Origin: a virus
Taxonomy: Duplodnaviria; Caudoviricetes
Strand: one strand, 5' to 3'
IMG/VR virus record: IMGVR_UViG_3300030012_002942
Location: 1-52,286 of that record
DNA length: 52,286 nucleotides
Shown here: positions 9,320 to 18,390 of the stretch, piece after piece
How the letters are laid out: every line of letters begins with the position of its first letter
Position numbering within the stretch: position 1 is the first letter of the stretch
The notes under the pieces: generated by a model
What the model was told of the DNA's origin: nothing
The model's database searches: none
The model's input: only the letters and a program-made list of their open reading frames with translations
Translations under genes and position numbers: made by a program

Positions 9320-10840
9320 ATGGCAGATCAAAATAAACTATCTCCTAAAGATTACCCTGGGCTTTACTCTTATGGCTCAAATGAATTAGGGGCTAGAAAT
9401 ATACATATAGAAAGGATTATTTACAGGGATGGCATATTCCCAGAAAATCTAATTGTAAACTCAATGAGTACTTGGTCAACTGATCGATTCTATGGGATTG
9501 TCAACACAAAGGGAAATACAGTTGTTCCAGACCAGAAGTTCTTGAAGCCACTATATTTTACCGACAACCAGAGTCAGTTTGCACTAAACTTTGTTGCCGA
9601 CGCTTGGTACGACTTATCCCAGCGCTTACGTGAACTCGGTGATCAGAACATAATATTTAGAAACAGTCCCTGGCTTGAGCCCACAGTCGTCAAGGCTTGG
9701 AACCCTGCCACTGTTGAATATGACGACTATATGAGAAATATTGTTTACAGATATTTTATTGAAAACTTTTTGCCTCTTGGAAACAAGGAAAGAAGAATAA
9801 GAAATATTAATGATTTCCTAAATGTGTTTGACGAATATATTGACTTGGCTGTATCGCTAGTCGGACCAACAACCTTTAGCGGATACATAGAGGGAGTAAG
9901 CCTATCCCCTCTGATGTCAGGTTTGATGATTGAGATATCAGATGAAACATACTCAGATGATTTTACAAAGTCATATGAGTTCCTCGACGACAACTTTGAG
10001 CTTGTCTCTAATATTGTAGCCCAATATGGGTTTTCTATAGATAGAAATATTCCTTGGAGGCTTATAGCTGATCTTCGAAGCCCAGCTATGCAAGAATATA
10101 TGTATGGTGTGCCGATTGATGAGTTTGAGGATTCATACCCTGACCCCTTGCCTTGCGATCCAACATTGCTAGATCAAGAGTTAGCACCTATGGCGTTTGG
10201 ATATTCACAGGTGCCAGGGATGGAAACAGTGAAGAGACGAATAGCAGTTCATTTTGACGAGGATGGTAATCCACAACCTGGCTATCAAGAATATCAACCT
10301 GTCAAGGATGCATCTTCTCAAGAGGAAGTCTTTGAGATTCTTTTTGAAACAGCTTATGATGAGACCTGGAAAAACGATGTTGATCTGTTACAGAAGTACA
10401 TTATAGGCTTTTATAACACTTACGTTACCTCTGCTCCAACAGTCTCGGTCAGAGAGCAATATGTTCAAATTGATTGCATCCCTAAAACAGAGGTTGTTGC
10501 TAGAAATATAATTTCTGAGGAAGAGTTCAGGGCAACCTTTGGCGACCGCTGGAAGCTTAAGACATTTTATGTTTCTCGGCTATCTGAGAGGGACCCTGAC
10601 CGTACGGCAAGAATAAAAAGAAAACAAATCCAACAAATGATGAATATTTATAACCTGAGTTCTGAAAATCGATATATGAGATCACTCAGGTATGCCCAAG
10701 AGGAATATATTGGACCTTATGATACTAATCCTTTAACATTGCGCACAGTAGGGGATATAATTGGATCTACTTCTACTAGGGAAGATGATGCTGTTCCAAA
10801 CATTAGACGACAAAACAGAGTGCGTAGGAATCTATACTAA
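9320..10840 (+). CDS. Hypothetical protein, probably virion structural
   Basis: 506-aa ORF abutting the hub gene. No motif recognised. Confidence 0.6.
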   Translation: MADQNKLSPKDYPGLYSYGSNELGARNIHIERIIYRDGIFPENLIVNSMSTWSTDRFYGIVNTKGNTVVPDQKFLKPLYFTDNQSQFALNFVADAWYDLSQRLRELGDQNIIFRNSPWLEPTVVKAWNPATVEYDDYMRNIVYRYFIENFLPLGNKERRIRNINDFLNVFDEYIDLAVSLVGPTTFSGYIEGVSLSPLMSGLMIEISDETYSDDFTKSYEFLDDNFELVSNIVAQYGFSIDRNIPWRLIADLRSPAMQEYMYGVPIDEFEDSYPDPLPCDPTLLDQELAPMAFGYSQVPGMETVKRRIAVHFDEDGNPQPGYQEYQPVKDASSQEEVFEILFETAYDETWKNDVDLLQKYIIGFYNTYVTSAPTVSVREQYVQIDCIPKTEVVARNIISEEEFRATFGDRWKLKTFYVSRLSERDPDRTARIKRKQIQQMMNIYNLSSENRYMRSLRYAQEEYIGPYDTNPLTLRTVGDIIGSTSTREDDAVPNIRRQNRVRRNLY

Positions 10841-12008
10841 TAATAGCCTTCTATTCGATTTAGAAGAGTTCCCAAAGAATCTTACTGCAACTTGGAAATA
10901 TGCTCCTTATCTTCGTGATCTCGATGTAGATTATGTCTCCCTTTATTTGGAGGGAGGTAAGATTGGCGATAACATACCAGAATACCTAAGTGATGACTGG
11001 GATGATGTATCGAAAAAGATCCTAGCTTTCAAGCGATCATTGGCTATATCTCAGGTCAATACTCAGGAAAACTGCTTTTTTGATCTTGTCCCTGATCGCT
11101 TCTTGGTTGATTTTTGCGAGGTAAAGAATAAAATATGTCAACATATTCTTAAGACAGTAAAGAAACCTGATCGTTATGACTTTCATAGGCACATATCAAT
11201 GATGCTGGGAGACATAGCAACAAGAAAAGTACTAATAGATACCAAGAGAGTGAAAACTTTTCAATCATCTGTTAAGTTGAAGAATCAAGCAAATATGATT
11301 CTCAATAATAAACCATACGTTGATTATAACCAGTTTGGCACTAAGACAGGGAGATTGACCACCAAAAAAGGATCATTTCCAATACTGACACTCAGTAAAG
11401 AGTTTCGATCAGCGGTTTTACCTCAGAATGATTACTTTATTGAGCTAGACTTCAACGGTGCAGAGGTCAGAACCTTGTTGGGGCTACTTGGAAAGCCTCA
11501 ACCAGCCGAAGATGTACACGATTTTCACCTAGAAAACGTTTTTACTAACATTAATACAAGAGATGCCGCCAAAGTTGCGTTTTTTGCGTGGCTATACGGG
11601 TCTAAGACGGCTGTTGGGTATCAAGATATGCAAAAATTAGCTAGTTTTTACGAAAAAGATCGGCTACTCGAAGAATATTGGGATGGCAACACAGTTAGAA
11701 CGCCATTTAGGAAAGAGATCCCGGACACGAGCGAACATCACGCCTTGAACTACCTAGTTCAATCTACCGCAGCAGAACTGACCCTAAAGCAGGCTCTAAA
11801 GATGGAGTACCTACTTCGCAAACAGTCCTCGGGATCTAATATTGCTTTTCTAATCCATGATGCTGTTGTGTTGGATATGAAAAAAGAGGATGAGAGCCTA
11901 ATTAAGTCATTAGTAAGGCTTATGAGTTCTACTAACTTTGGGACTTTCAAGGTAAATATAAAAAGAGGTAAAACTCTAGGTTCTATGAAGGATATACAAG
12001 TTGGATAA
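10785..12008 (+). CDS. polA: Family A DNA polymerase-like protein (polymerase domain only)
   Basis: TKTGRLTT, motif A ELDFNGAEVR, motif B RDAAKVAFFAWLYG, ALNYLVQSTAA, motif C IHDA. Likely start is ATG 10785/10788 rather than TTG 10761. Confidence 0.85.
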   Translation: MMLFQTLDDKTECVGIYTNNSLLFDLEEFPKNLTATWKYAPYLRDLDVDYVSLYLEGGKIGDNIPEYLSDDWDDVSKKILAFKRSLAISQVNTQENCFFDLVPDRFLVDFCEVKNKICQHILKTVKKPDRYDFHRHISMMLGDIATRKVLIDTKRVKTFQSSVKLKNQANMILNNKPYVDYNQFGTKTGRLTTKKGSFPILTLSKEFRSAVLPQNDYFIELDFNGAEVRTLLGLLGKPQPAEDVHDFHLENVFTNINTRDAAKVAFFAWLYGSKTAVGYQDMQKLASFYEKDRLLEEYWDGNTVRTPFRKEIPDTSEHHALNYLVQSTAAELTLKQALKMEYLLRKQSSGSNIAFLIHDAVVLDMKKEDESLIKSLVRLMSSTNFGTFKVNIKRGKTLGSMKDIQVG

Positions 12009-12861
12009 AGTCATTGGACTAGGTAAGCTCGGCTGCGCTATCGCAGAGCACCTTACCGCATACCCTGAATACAGGATATACAAGATAGATTCGGATATTG
12101 ATGAAAGAGGAAGCCTTTCAATAGGTGAATACCCAGGTCACGATGATTATGAGAACAACCTTGATCAAGATGAGGTTGCTGTTTATCTTCGGTCGATCAA
12201 AAACAAGGATGAGGTGCTTATGGTCGTTGAGGGCGGCGATCCTGTTTCAGGGGCAATCCTTAAAATACTAGAAACAATAAAAGAATCAAAGTTAAATGTT
12301 CTTTACGTTGTGCCCGATAGGGTGATGTGTTCAGAGATCCAACGCCGTGATGACAAAATTGCATTTAATGTTTTGCAGGAATATGCAAGGAGCGGAGTTT
12401 TTGAGAAAATCTTTCTAGTCCATCGTCAAGCTGTGGATGCGCTAGTTGGCGATGTGCCTATTCAAGAATACGAAAAGAACGTTTCTTACTTTATTTCATA
12501 CATCGTGGCAATGATAAACTTCTTTAATCATACAGAGCCAATTCTTGCAAACAAGATTGAGCCGCACAACATTTCAAGATTAGTAACTTTTGGCGTATCT
12601 TCCCTCGACGAAGACCAGGCAGAGATTAAGCTATTGTATCCACTAGAAAATACAAGAGACATTCACTTCTTCTATGGCATACCAGAATCCGACCTGGATG
12701 ATGACCCATCGCTGACAAATAAAATAAAGAAGCATGTCAAGAGTTATAAAGAAGAAGATGTATCAACAAGTTTTTCAGTATATTCAACAGATTTTGAAAA
12801 CCTAATGGTTCTGTGTACGGCTTATTCCTCGAAGATTCAGCCTGTTTTAGATACTATTTAG
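12001..12861 (+). CDS. Divergent tubulin/FtsZ (PhuZ-like) family protein
   Basis: N-terminal KVIGLGKLGCAIAE Rossmann loop, KIDS, and GGDPVSGA in place of GGGTGSG. Confidence 0.6.
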   Translation: MDKVIGLGKLGCAIAEHLTAYPEYRIYKIDSDIDERGSLSIGEYPGHDDYENNLDQDEVAVYLRSIKNKDEVLMVVEGGDPVSGAILKILETIKESKLNVLYVVPDRVMCSEIQRRDDKIAFNVLQEYARSGVFEKIFLVHRQAVDALVGDVPIQEYEKNVSYFISYIVAMINFFNHTEPILANKIEPHNISRLVTFGVSSLDEDQAEIKLLYPLENTRDIHFFYGIPESDLDDDPSLTNKIKKHVKSYKEEDVSTSFSVYSTDFENLMVLCTAYSSKIQPVLDTI

Positions 12862-12887
12862 TGTAAGGCGTTAAGGCTCCTAGGAAA

Positions 12888-12894
12888 CTAGTTA
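12888..12894 (+). promoter_or_regulatory. Putative late-promoter motif CTAGTTA
   Basis: AAACTAGTTATA, intergenic. A second copy, CTATTTA, is at 12854. Confidence 0.5.
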
Positions 12895-12921
12895 TAGAAC
12901 ACATTTGAGGAAAACATTTTA

Positions 12922-13362
12922 ATGAAACAAGAACGAGGTGTACTACTAGCGTCCTTTATAAAGGCTGAGAGTGAAGAGGAAGTTTTAGCTGAAGTAGAGT
13001 TTATTGCTTCTAATATTAATTTGACAAATAAGTATATATTTCTACTAGAAGACAAAGAAGACCCCACAAATAAGATATTGTCATATAATGCAATTGTGTC
13101 TAAGAATAGGGTCTATAATCCACGCCTATACACTATTCGTGTTCATCGTAAAAAACAGACCAACACCTTGTATACTATTAACGCCTTAAATAAAGCCGTT
13201 GCTCTGGAGCACGACGGACAAACAGGGAAGCACCTAAAACTAGATTGGGAAAAGTACCAAGATAGTATATTACTAACAGCCGGCAGTGACCTTAGAGTAC
13301 ACAATGTCACCGTCGCCAAAATCTTTCAGGTCGAGGACGAACCAGTTAACGAAGGAGAGTGA
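12922..13362 (+). CDS. Conserved hypothetical phage protein
   Basis: GAGG RBS. TIRVHRKKQTNTLYTINALN..W..Y block, recalled from uncultured large phages. Function unknown. Confidence 0.75.
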   Translation: MKQERGVLLASFIKAESEEEVLAEVEFIASNINLTNKYIFLLEDKEDPTNKILSYNAIVSKNRVYNPRLYTIRVHRKKQTNTLYTINALNKAVALEHDGQTGKHLKLDWEKYQDSILLTAGSDLRVHNVTVAKIFQVEDEPVNEGE

Positions 13363-13363
13363 G

Positions 13364-13459
13364 TTGTCTAAGTATTTGGATATAACTATCGCTGTCGCCT
13401 ATCTACCAATTTATCTAACTTTAGTAGCATTTGATTTGCTTACAAAGTCCCAGCCCTAA
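13364..13459 (+). CDS. Small membrane peptide (31 aa)
   Basis: TTG start after GGAGAG: MSKYLDITIAVAYLPIYLTLVAFDLLTKSQP, one hydrophobic stretch. Confidence 0.4.
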   Translation: MSKYLDITIAVAYLPIYLTLVAFDLLTKSQP

Positions 13460-13503
13460 GTCTCTAAAATATTTAGGGAATCAAAAAAACATCATTAAAA
13501 AGC

Positions 13504-13531
13504 TTTACACGTCATAGACGTGTGGTACTAT
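13504..13531 (+). promoter_or_regulatory. Sigma70-type promoter of the SSB-recA block, with an inverted repeat in the spacer
   Basis: TTTACA-16-TACTAT with extended TG and A-rich UP region. ACACGTC-ata-GACGTGT palindrome at 13507-13523. Confidence 0.65.
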
Positions 13532-13567
13532 ATGTTCAAGGTCAACTAACCAGTAAAGGAGAAAATA

Positions 13568-14353
13568 ATGGCTATTGACTTAAACAAGATGCGGCAGAAG
13601 CACGCTGCTCTTACTAACCGTGGTGGCGACACCAACGATTTCTTTTGGAAGCCCGAAGAGGGTACACACCAAATTCGACTAGTGTGTCCAGAATCTGGTG
13701 ATCCATTCTTTGAAGCATATTATCACTATGGGATGGGCACTGAAGGTCGTACGACCGTGTTGAGCCCCCGCACCTTCGGCGAGGATGATCCTATCGCCGA
13801 GTGGGGTACCCGCCTCTGGAACGAGGGAACCGACGCATCCAAGGAAGCAGCTAAGCGCTTCTGGCCTAAGATGCGAGTCTTTGCTCCTGTCGTTGTCCGT
13901 GGTGAAGAGGACAAGGGTGTTCGCTGGTGGGGCTTTTCCCGCACCACCTACCAAGCACTGCTTGATGTAGTTCTTGATCCTGAGTACGGTGACATCACCG
14001 ATACTGAGAAGGGCACTGACCTTCGCATTGATTACGGTAAGAAGCAGGGACAATCATTCCCAACTACCGATATCCGTCCAATGCGTCGCACAAGCGCCCT
14101 TGCTGATTCTGAAGAGCAAGTCAACACTCTTCTAGAGTCGCTTCCTGCTGCCGACAGTGTTTTCGAGCGTACTACTCTTGAGCAGTGTGAAAAGGTTCTT
14201 TCCGAAACTCTCGGCGAATCAGATACCTCAGCCGAGGGTAACGAAACGACTCGCTACAACAATAACACTAGCACTACTGAGGCTACCAAAACTGGTAACA
14301 ATCTCGAAGGTGTCAGTGACATTGAGTCAGCGTTTGATGATTTACTGTCGTAG
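13568..14353 (+). CDS. Single-stranded DNA-binding protein (T4 gp32-like)
   Basis: FWKP..G...IR, DPF...Y.HY, DPI.E, YGDITD...G.D, acidic tail ending AFDDLLS. AAAGGAG RBS. Confidence 0.85.
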   Translation: MAIDLNKMRQKHAALTNRGGDTNDFFWKPEEGTHQIRLVCPESGDPFFEAYYHYGMGTEGRTTVLSPRTFGEDDPIAEWGTRLWNEGTDASKEAAKRFWPKMRVFAPVVVRGEEDKGVRWWGFSRTTYQALLDVVLDPEYGDITDTEKGTDLRIDYGKKQGQSFPTTDIRPMRRTSALADSEEQVNTLLESLPAADSVFERTTLEQCEKVLSETLGESDTSAEGNETTRYNNNTSTTEATKTGNNLEGVSDIESAFDDLLS

Positions 14354-14362
14354 TTGACCGAC

Positions 14363-14398
14363 ACCCGCAGGGAGGCACGGGGTTACAGGTGCCTCTCC
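14363..14398 (+). other. Structured intergenic RNA element (hairpin, possible pseudoknot)
   Basis: Stem GAGGCAC/GTGCCTC. Upstream ACCC can pair with loop GGGT. Confidence 0.5.
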
Positions 14399-14413
14399 AC
14401 TTTTGGAGATAAA

Positions 14414-15481
14414 ATGGCTAAAGAAAAAAACACCCTTGCTAGTGCTCTTCGAAGCGAGCTTAACAAGGCAGCAAAAGAAAATATTGCTTTCGACTTACAC
14501 GGGGATAACCCAACAGACGTAAAGACTTGGATATCAACAGGTTCAACTTTACTAGATTATATTATTTCCAACCGCCGCCAAGGTGGCATCCCAGTAGGCA
14601 AGCTCACCACTATTGCTGGTGAATCTGCAAGTGGTAAAAGTCTTTTAGTAACGCAAATCCTAGCCAATACTCAAAAGATGGGTGGGCTTGCTGTCTACAT
14701 TGACACCGAGAACGCTGCCTCCCCAGATTTTATGGAGCAGTTGGGACTTGACACAAAGAACAACTTTATCTATGTTCAGCCAGGAACCATTGAAGAGGTG
14801 TTTGAAAACATCGAGCGACTGATTGGTTTGATCCGTGAAAAGGCACCTGAGAAGCTTGTTTGCATTGTTTGGGACAGTGTTGCTGGCACGCCAGTCAAAG
14901 CCGAGGTTGAGGGTGATTATGATCCTAACAGCCGTATCGGTTTGACAGCCAAAGCACTAGCCAAAGGGATGCGAAAAGTTACAGAGACGCTTGGCAAAGA
15001 GCAGATCGCTATGGTCTTTACTAATCAGTTGAAAACCAACATCGGCGTGATGTTCGGCGACAACCGAGTAGAGCCAGGTGGTAAAGCATTGCCATATCAC
15101 GCCTCCACCCGTATCTGGCTAACCCAGCACAAAGGGAAGGCTAACGGGCAGATCCTAAATAGTAAAAAGCAAGTAATTGGTTTTCATACCAGTGCTAAGA
15201 CTATAAAGTCTAGGTTTGGTCCATCTCCACGATCTTGTGAGTTTGATGTATTGTTCGATCTTGAGAATGATCGAGTTGGCGTAGATGATGAGGGCTCATG
15301 GCTCAGTGCAATCGCCAATACTCCTGGGTGTGTTCGCAGCGGTGCCTGGTATACTATCAGTGTCGATGGTGAAGATAAAAAGTTTCAAGCCAAAGAGTTT
15401 TTGTCACTTTTGGAAGATAAGAAGTTTCGATCCAGGGTTCTTGATATTCTTGAAGATGAATACCGAATAGGCAAGAAATAG
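14414..15481 (+). CDS. recA: RecA/UvsX recombinase
   Basis: ISTGS..LD, GGIP.G, Walker A GESASGKS, YIDTE, WDSVA, FTNQ, GG.AL..HAS.R, GAWY. Start is ATG 14414 after GGAG. Confidence 0.95.
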   Translation: MAKEKNTLASALRSELNKAAKENIAFDLHGDNPTDVKTWISTGSTLLDYIISNRRQGGIPVGKLTTIAGESASGKSLLVTQILANTQKMGGLAVYIDTENAASPDFMEQLGLDTKNNFIYVQPGTIEEVFENIERLIGLIREKAPEKLVCIVWDSVAGTPVKAEVEGDYDPNSRIGLTAKALAKGMRKVTETLGKEQIAMVFTNQLKTNIGVMFGDNRVEPGGKALPYHASTRIWLTQHKGKANGQILNSKKQVIGFHTSAKTIKSRFGPSPRSCEFDVLFDLENDRVGVDDEGSWLSAIANTPGCVRSGAWYTISVDGEDKKFQAKEFLSLLEDKKFRSRVLDILEDEYRIGKK

Positions 15482-15489
15482 GTATCAAC

Positions 15490-15921
15490 ATGGAGTCTGA
15501 CCCGAGTAATACAATTCGCAATAAGTTTCTCAAGTTGGCTCTCCGCCGTATTGACGGAGAAGAATATGACCAAGATATTCAGCACAGACACGCTGCTGTT
15601 GTTGTAAAAGCCGGGCGTGTATTGTCAATAGGGCGAAACAGAAATAAGACTCACCCCCAATCCGTTGGTGTTGAAGAAGACGGCGAAGCCTTCACTAAGA
15701 CTGTGCATGCTGAAATGGATGCAATTCTGAAGGTAAAGAATAAAAAGCATCTAAAAGGTGCGACCATTTATGTGGCTCGTAAAGGCAGAAATCAGAAACC
15801 TGGGATGTCTAGTCCCTGCGAGATGTGTCAAGAAATGATCAGCAAATATGGCTTGAAAAAGGCGATATTTACGACAGAGTGTGGCACAGGAACAATAGAG
15901 TTTAACGGAGAGAAGAAATGA
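15490..15921 (+). CDS. Zinc-dependent cytidine/dCMP deaminase-fold protein
   Basis: HAE...PCxxC zinc motif and G.N motif. Confidence 0.85.
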   Translation: MESDPSNTIRNKFLKLALRRIDGEEYDQDIQHRHAAVVVKAGRVLSIGRNRNKTHPQSVGVEEDGEAFTKTVHAEMDAILKVKNKKHLKGATIYVARKGRNQKPGMSSPCEMCQEMISKYGLKKAIFTTECGTGTIEFNGEKK

Positions 15922-16874
15922 AGAGGTTGTTGATTATCGATGGCATGAACTTGTTTATCAGAAACTATGTAATGTCCCCGCAACTAGATGCCAATGGAAA
16001 GCCAATTGGCGGCTTGACAGGTTTTATGAGGTCTCTTCAGAAAGAGGTCCGCAGAGCTAAGCCTGATCGTGTTGCTATTGCCTGGGAGGGTCCAGGGGGG
16101 TCTCAGAAGCGCAGAGAAAAGAATAAAAACTATAAAGTCGGTCGCAAAGCCCCTCGCTTGAATCGTGCCTATGAATTCAACTCTCCAGAGGAAGAGAAAG
16201 AAAATAAGTATGCCCAACTGGTGCGACTAACAGAATATATAGAGCACCTGCCAGTGCTTCAGCTTTCTTTGGAAAACGTTGAAGCAGATGATATTATAGC
16301 CTGGTTGTGTCACTCGGGTGAGTATGATGAATGGCAAAAACTAATCATCTCGAACGATAGGGACTTCATTCAACTTTGTGACGATAAGACAGTTCTTGTA
16401 CGACCAGGAAAAAATGAAGAAGTTCTGAATCAAAATAAAGTTTTGGAACAATACCAGATTCACCCAAGAAACTTTGCCTGGGCAAGAGCAATCACTGGTG
16501 ATAAATCAGATAATATAGACGGTGTGAAAGGTCTTGGTTTGGCAACCGTAGCCAAAAGATTTTCCTTCCTTTCAGAAAATAAAGACTATAACTTGAAAGA
16601 CATTTTGACTCACGCAAAAAATAATAATTCTAAAATCAAGGCTTATCAGAATGTTCTAGACAGTGAAGAAATAATCGCATCGAATTACGAAATTATGCAG
16701 CTATATACCTCTACCATATCGACTCAAGGAGTGCAAAAGCTCAAATATGCGATTCAGAACGACGGGGTTGTTCTAAATCGCTCTGAAATTAGAAAAATGC
16801 TCCTTAAAGACGGTATTGGAACCCTCAATATTGATGAACTTATGCTAATGCTAAACTCTCATAAAAAAGTATGA
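15918..16874 (+). CDS. 5'-3' exonuclease / flap endonuclease (PolA N-terminal, T4 RNase H-like)
   Basis: LIIDG.N, YK.GR, VEADDIIA, S.DRDF.QL, GDKSDNI.GV.G.G. Confidence 0.93.
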   Translation: MKRLLIIDGMNLFIRNYVMSPQLDANGKPIGGLTGFMRSLQKEVRRAKPDRVAIAWEGPGGSQKRREKNKNYKVGRKAPRLNRAYEFNSPEEEKENKYAQLVRLTEYIEHLPVLQLSLENVEADDIIAWLCHSGEYDEWQKLIISNDRDFIQLCDDKTVLVRPGKNEEVLNQNKVLEQYQIHPRNFAWARAITGDKSDNIDGVKGLGLATVAKRFSFLSENKDYNLKDILTHAKNNNSKIKAYQNVLDSEEIIASNYEIMQLYTSTISTQGVQKLKYAIQNDGVVLNRSEIRKMLLKDGIGTLNIDELMLMLNSHKKV

Positions 16875-16882
16875 GATTAGAC

Positions 16883-16911
16883 TAGACAGTTCTATATTTT
16901 TGGGACATAAT
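16883..16911 (+). promoter_or_regulatory. Putative sigma70-type promoter (TAGACA-17-CATAAT)
   Basis: Near-consensus hexamers, intergenic, upstream of helicase. Confidence 0.5.
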
Positions 16912-16935
16912 GAAGAACAGTAAAAGAGGTTTCTA

Positions 16936-18390
16936 ATGACGGAACAACAAGCAGTCGAAACATTCAGCAAATTTGGGAAAACATTCCAAGAAAAGCTGGT
17001 GAAAACTATTCTCTTCGACCGCAACTTTGCAAACCAAATGGAAGAGGTTCTTGATACAAGTTATCTAGAACTAAAATACCTTCAGGTCTTTGTTGACTTG
17101 ATGTTTCAGCACAAGAGAGACTACCCACACCCAACATATGAAGCTATGGTTTCGGTCGTTCGAACCCAGACTGATGACTACTCAAGTAGTATCATAAAGC
17201 AGGTTGTTGATTTTTTAGCTCGCATTAAAAGCAATGCCATCGGCGACGAAGATCAAGAATATGTTATGGAAAAATCCTTAGATTTCTGCAAGAAGCAGAA
17301 GCTCAAGGAGGCGATTCTAAAGTCCGTAGGACTTCTTCAGAGTCAGAGTTTTGAGCAGATTCAGAAAGTCATTAATGATGCCATGAATCTTGGCGCTGAT
17401 AATAACCACGGTCACGACTACCACAAGGACGTCCTTGACCGCTTTGAGATTAAGATGCGAAACCCGATATCGACATCTTGGGATGAAATTGATAATATAA
17501 CTAAGGGCGGCTTAGGGAAGAGGGAACTCGGCGTTGTAGTTGCTCCAACAGGTGCTGGAAAGTCTATGGCGCTTGCCCACCTTGGGGCTATGGCAGTTGT
17601 AAAAGGGAAGACTGTAGTTCACTATACCCTGGAGCTTGCAGATACTGTAGTTGGACAGCGTTATGACTCCTGTATCACGGGTATTAGGCTTCAAGATTTG
17701 ATGTCAATGAAGGAATCAATCCTAGGAGTCATTGAGCATATCCCAGGGCAACTTATAATTAAAGAATATCCTACCAAGTCAGCAACAACTCGAACTATCA
17801 ATGTTCATTTAGAAAAGCTACGACAAAAGGGCATCGAGCCTGATATGATCATTGTGGACTACGCAGATCTTTTGAAGCCAACCGCAACAGGATTTAAATC
17901 CCAAGAACTGCGCCACAGCTTAGGCAACACATACGAAGAGTTACGAGGCATTGCTCAGACTTGGGATATTCCAGTGTGGACAGCTTCCCAGACAAATCGC
18001 AGTGGACTGAACGCCGAGGTTATCACTATGGAAGCGATCAGTGAAGCATTTAACAAGTGCTTTGTAGCCGATTTTATTTGTTCCATCTCCCGCACAATGG
18101 AAGACAAGACTGAGAACAAAGGACGTATGTTTGTCGCCAAAAATCGCAATGGGATTGACGGCATTGTTTTCCCAATGGAGATTGACACAGCAAAGGTTCA
18201 TCTTCGGGTAAATCCACCCGATGAAGACTCATCAATTGACGCAGTAGTGATGAAAACTAAAGCAGAGCAAGATGAGCACTTACGGCAAAAATACAAAAAG
18301 TTCAAGGAAGAGAAAAGAAAAAAGCAGCTAGCTAAAAAGCAAGCTTTAGGTAATGTTAACACTCAAGAACAAGGAAAACAAACAGCATGA
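16936..18390 (+). CDS. Replicative DNA helicase (DnaB / T4 gp41-like)
   Basis: Walker A APTGAGKS, TLE, IIVDYADL, WTASQTNR, KNRNG. Confidence 0.93.
   Translation: MTEQQAVETFSKFGKTFQEKLVKTILFDRNFANQMEEVLDTSYLELKYLQVFVDLMFQHKRDYPHPTYEAMVSVVRTQTDDYSSSIIKQVVDFLARIKSNAIGDEDQEYVMEKSLDFCKKQKLKEAILKSVGLLQSQSFEQIQKVINDAMNLGADNNHGHDYHKDVLDRFEIKMRNPISTSWDEIDNITKGGLGKRELGVVVAPTGAGKSMALAHLGAMAVVKGKTVVHYTLELADTVVGQRYDSCITGIRLQDLMSMKESILGVIEHIPGQLIIKEYPTKSATTRTINVHLEKLRQKGIEPDMIIVDYADLLKPTATGFKSQELRHSLGNTYEELRGIAQTWDIPVWTASQTNRSGLNAEVITMEAISEAFNKCFVADFICSISRTMEDKTENKGRMFVAKNRNGIDGIVFPMEIDTAKVHLRVNPPDEDSSIDAVVMKTKAEQDEHLRQKYKKFKEEKRKKQLAKKQALGNVNTQEQGKQTA

Noticed and set aside
14354-14413. TTG-initiated N-terminal extension of RecA
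   Set aside because: It runs through the structured RNA element. ATG 14414 has a proper GGAG RBS.
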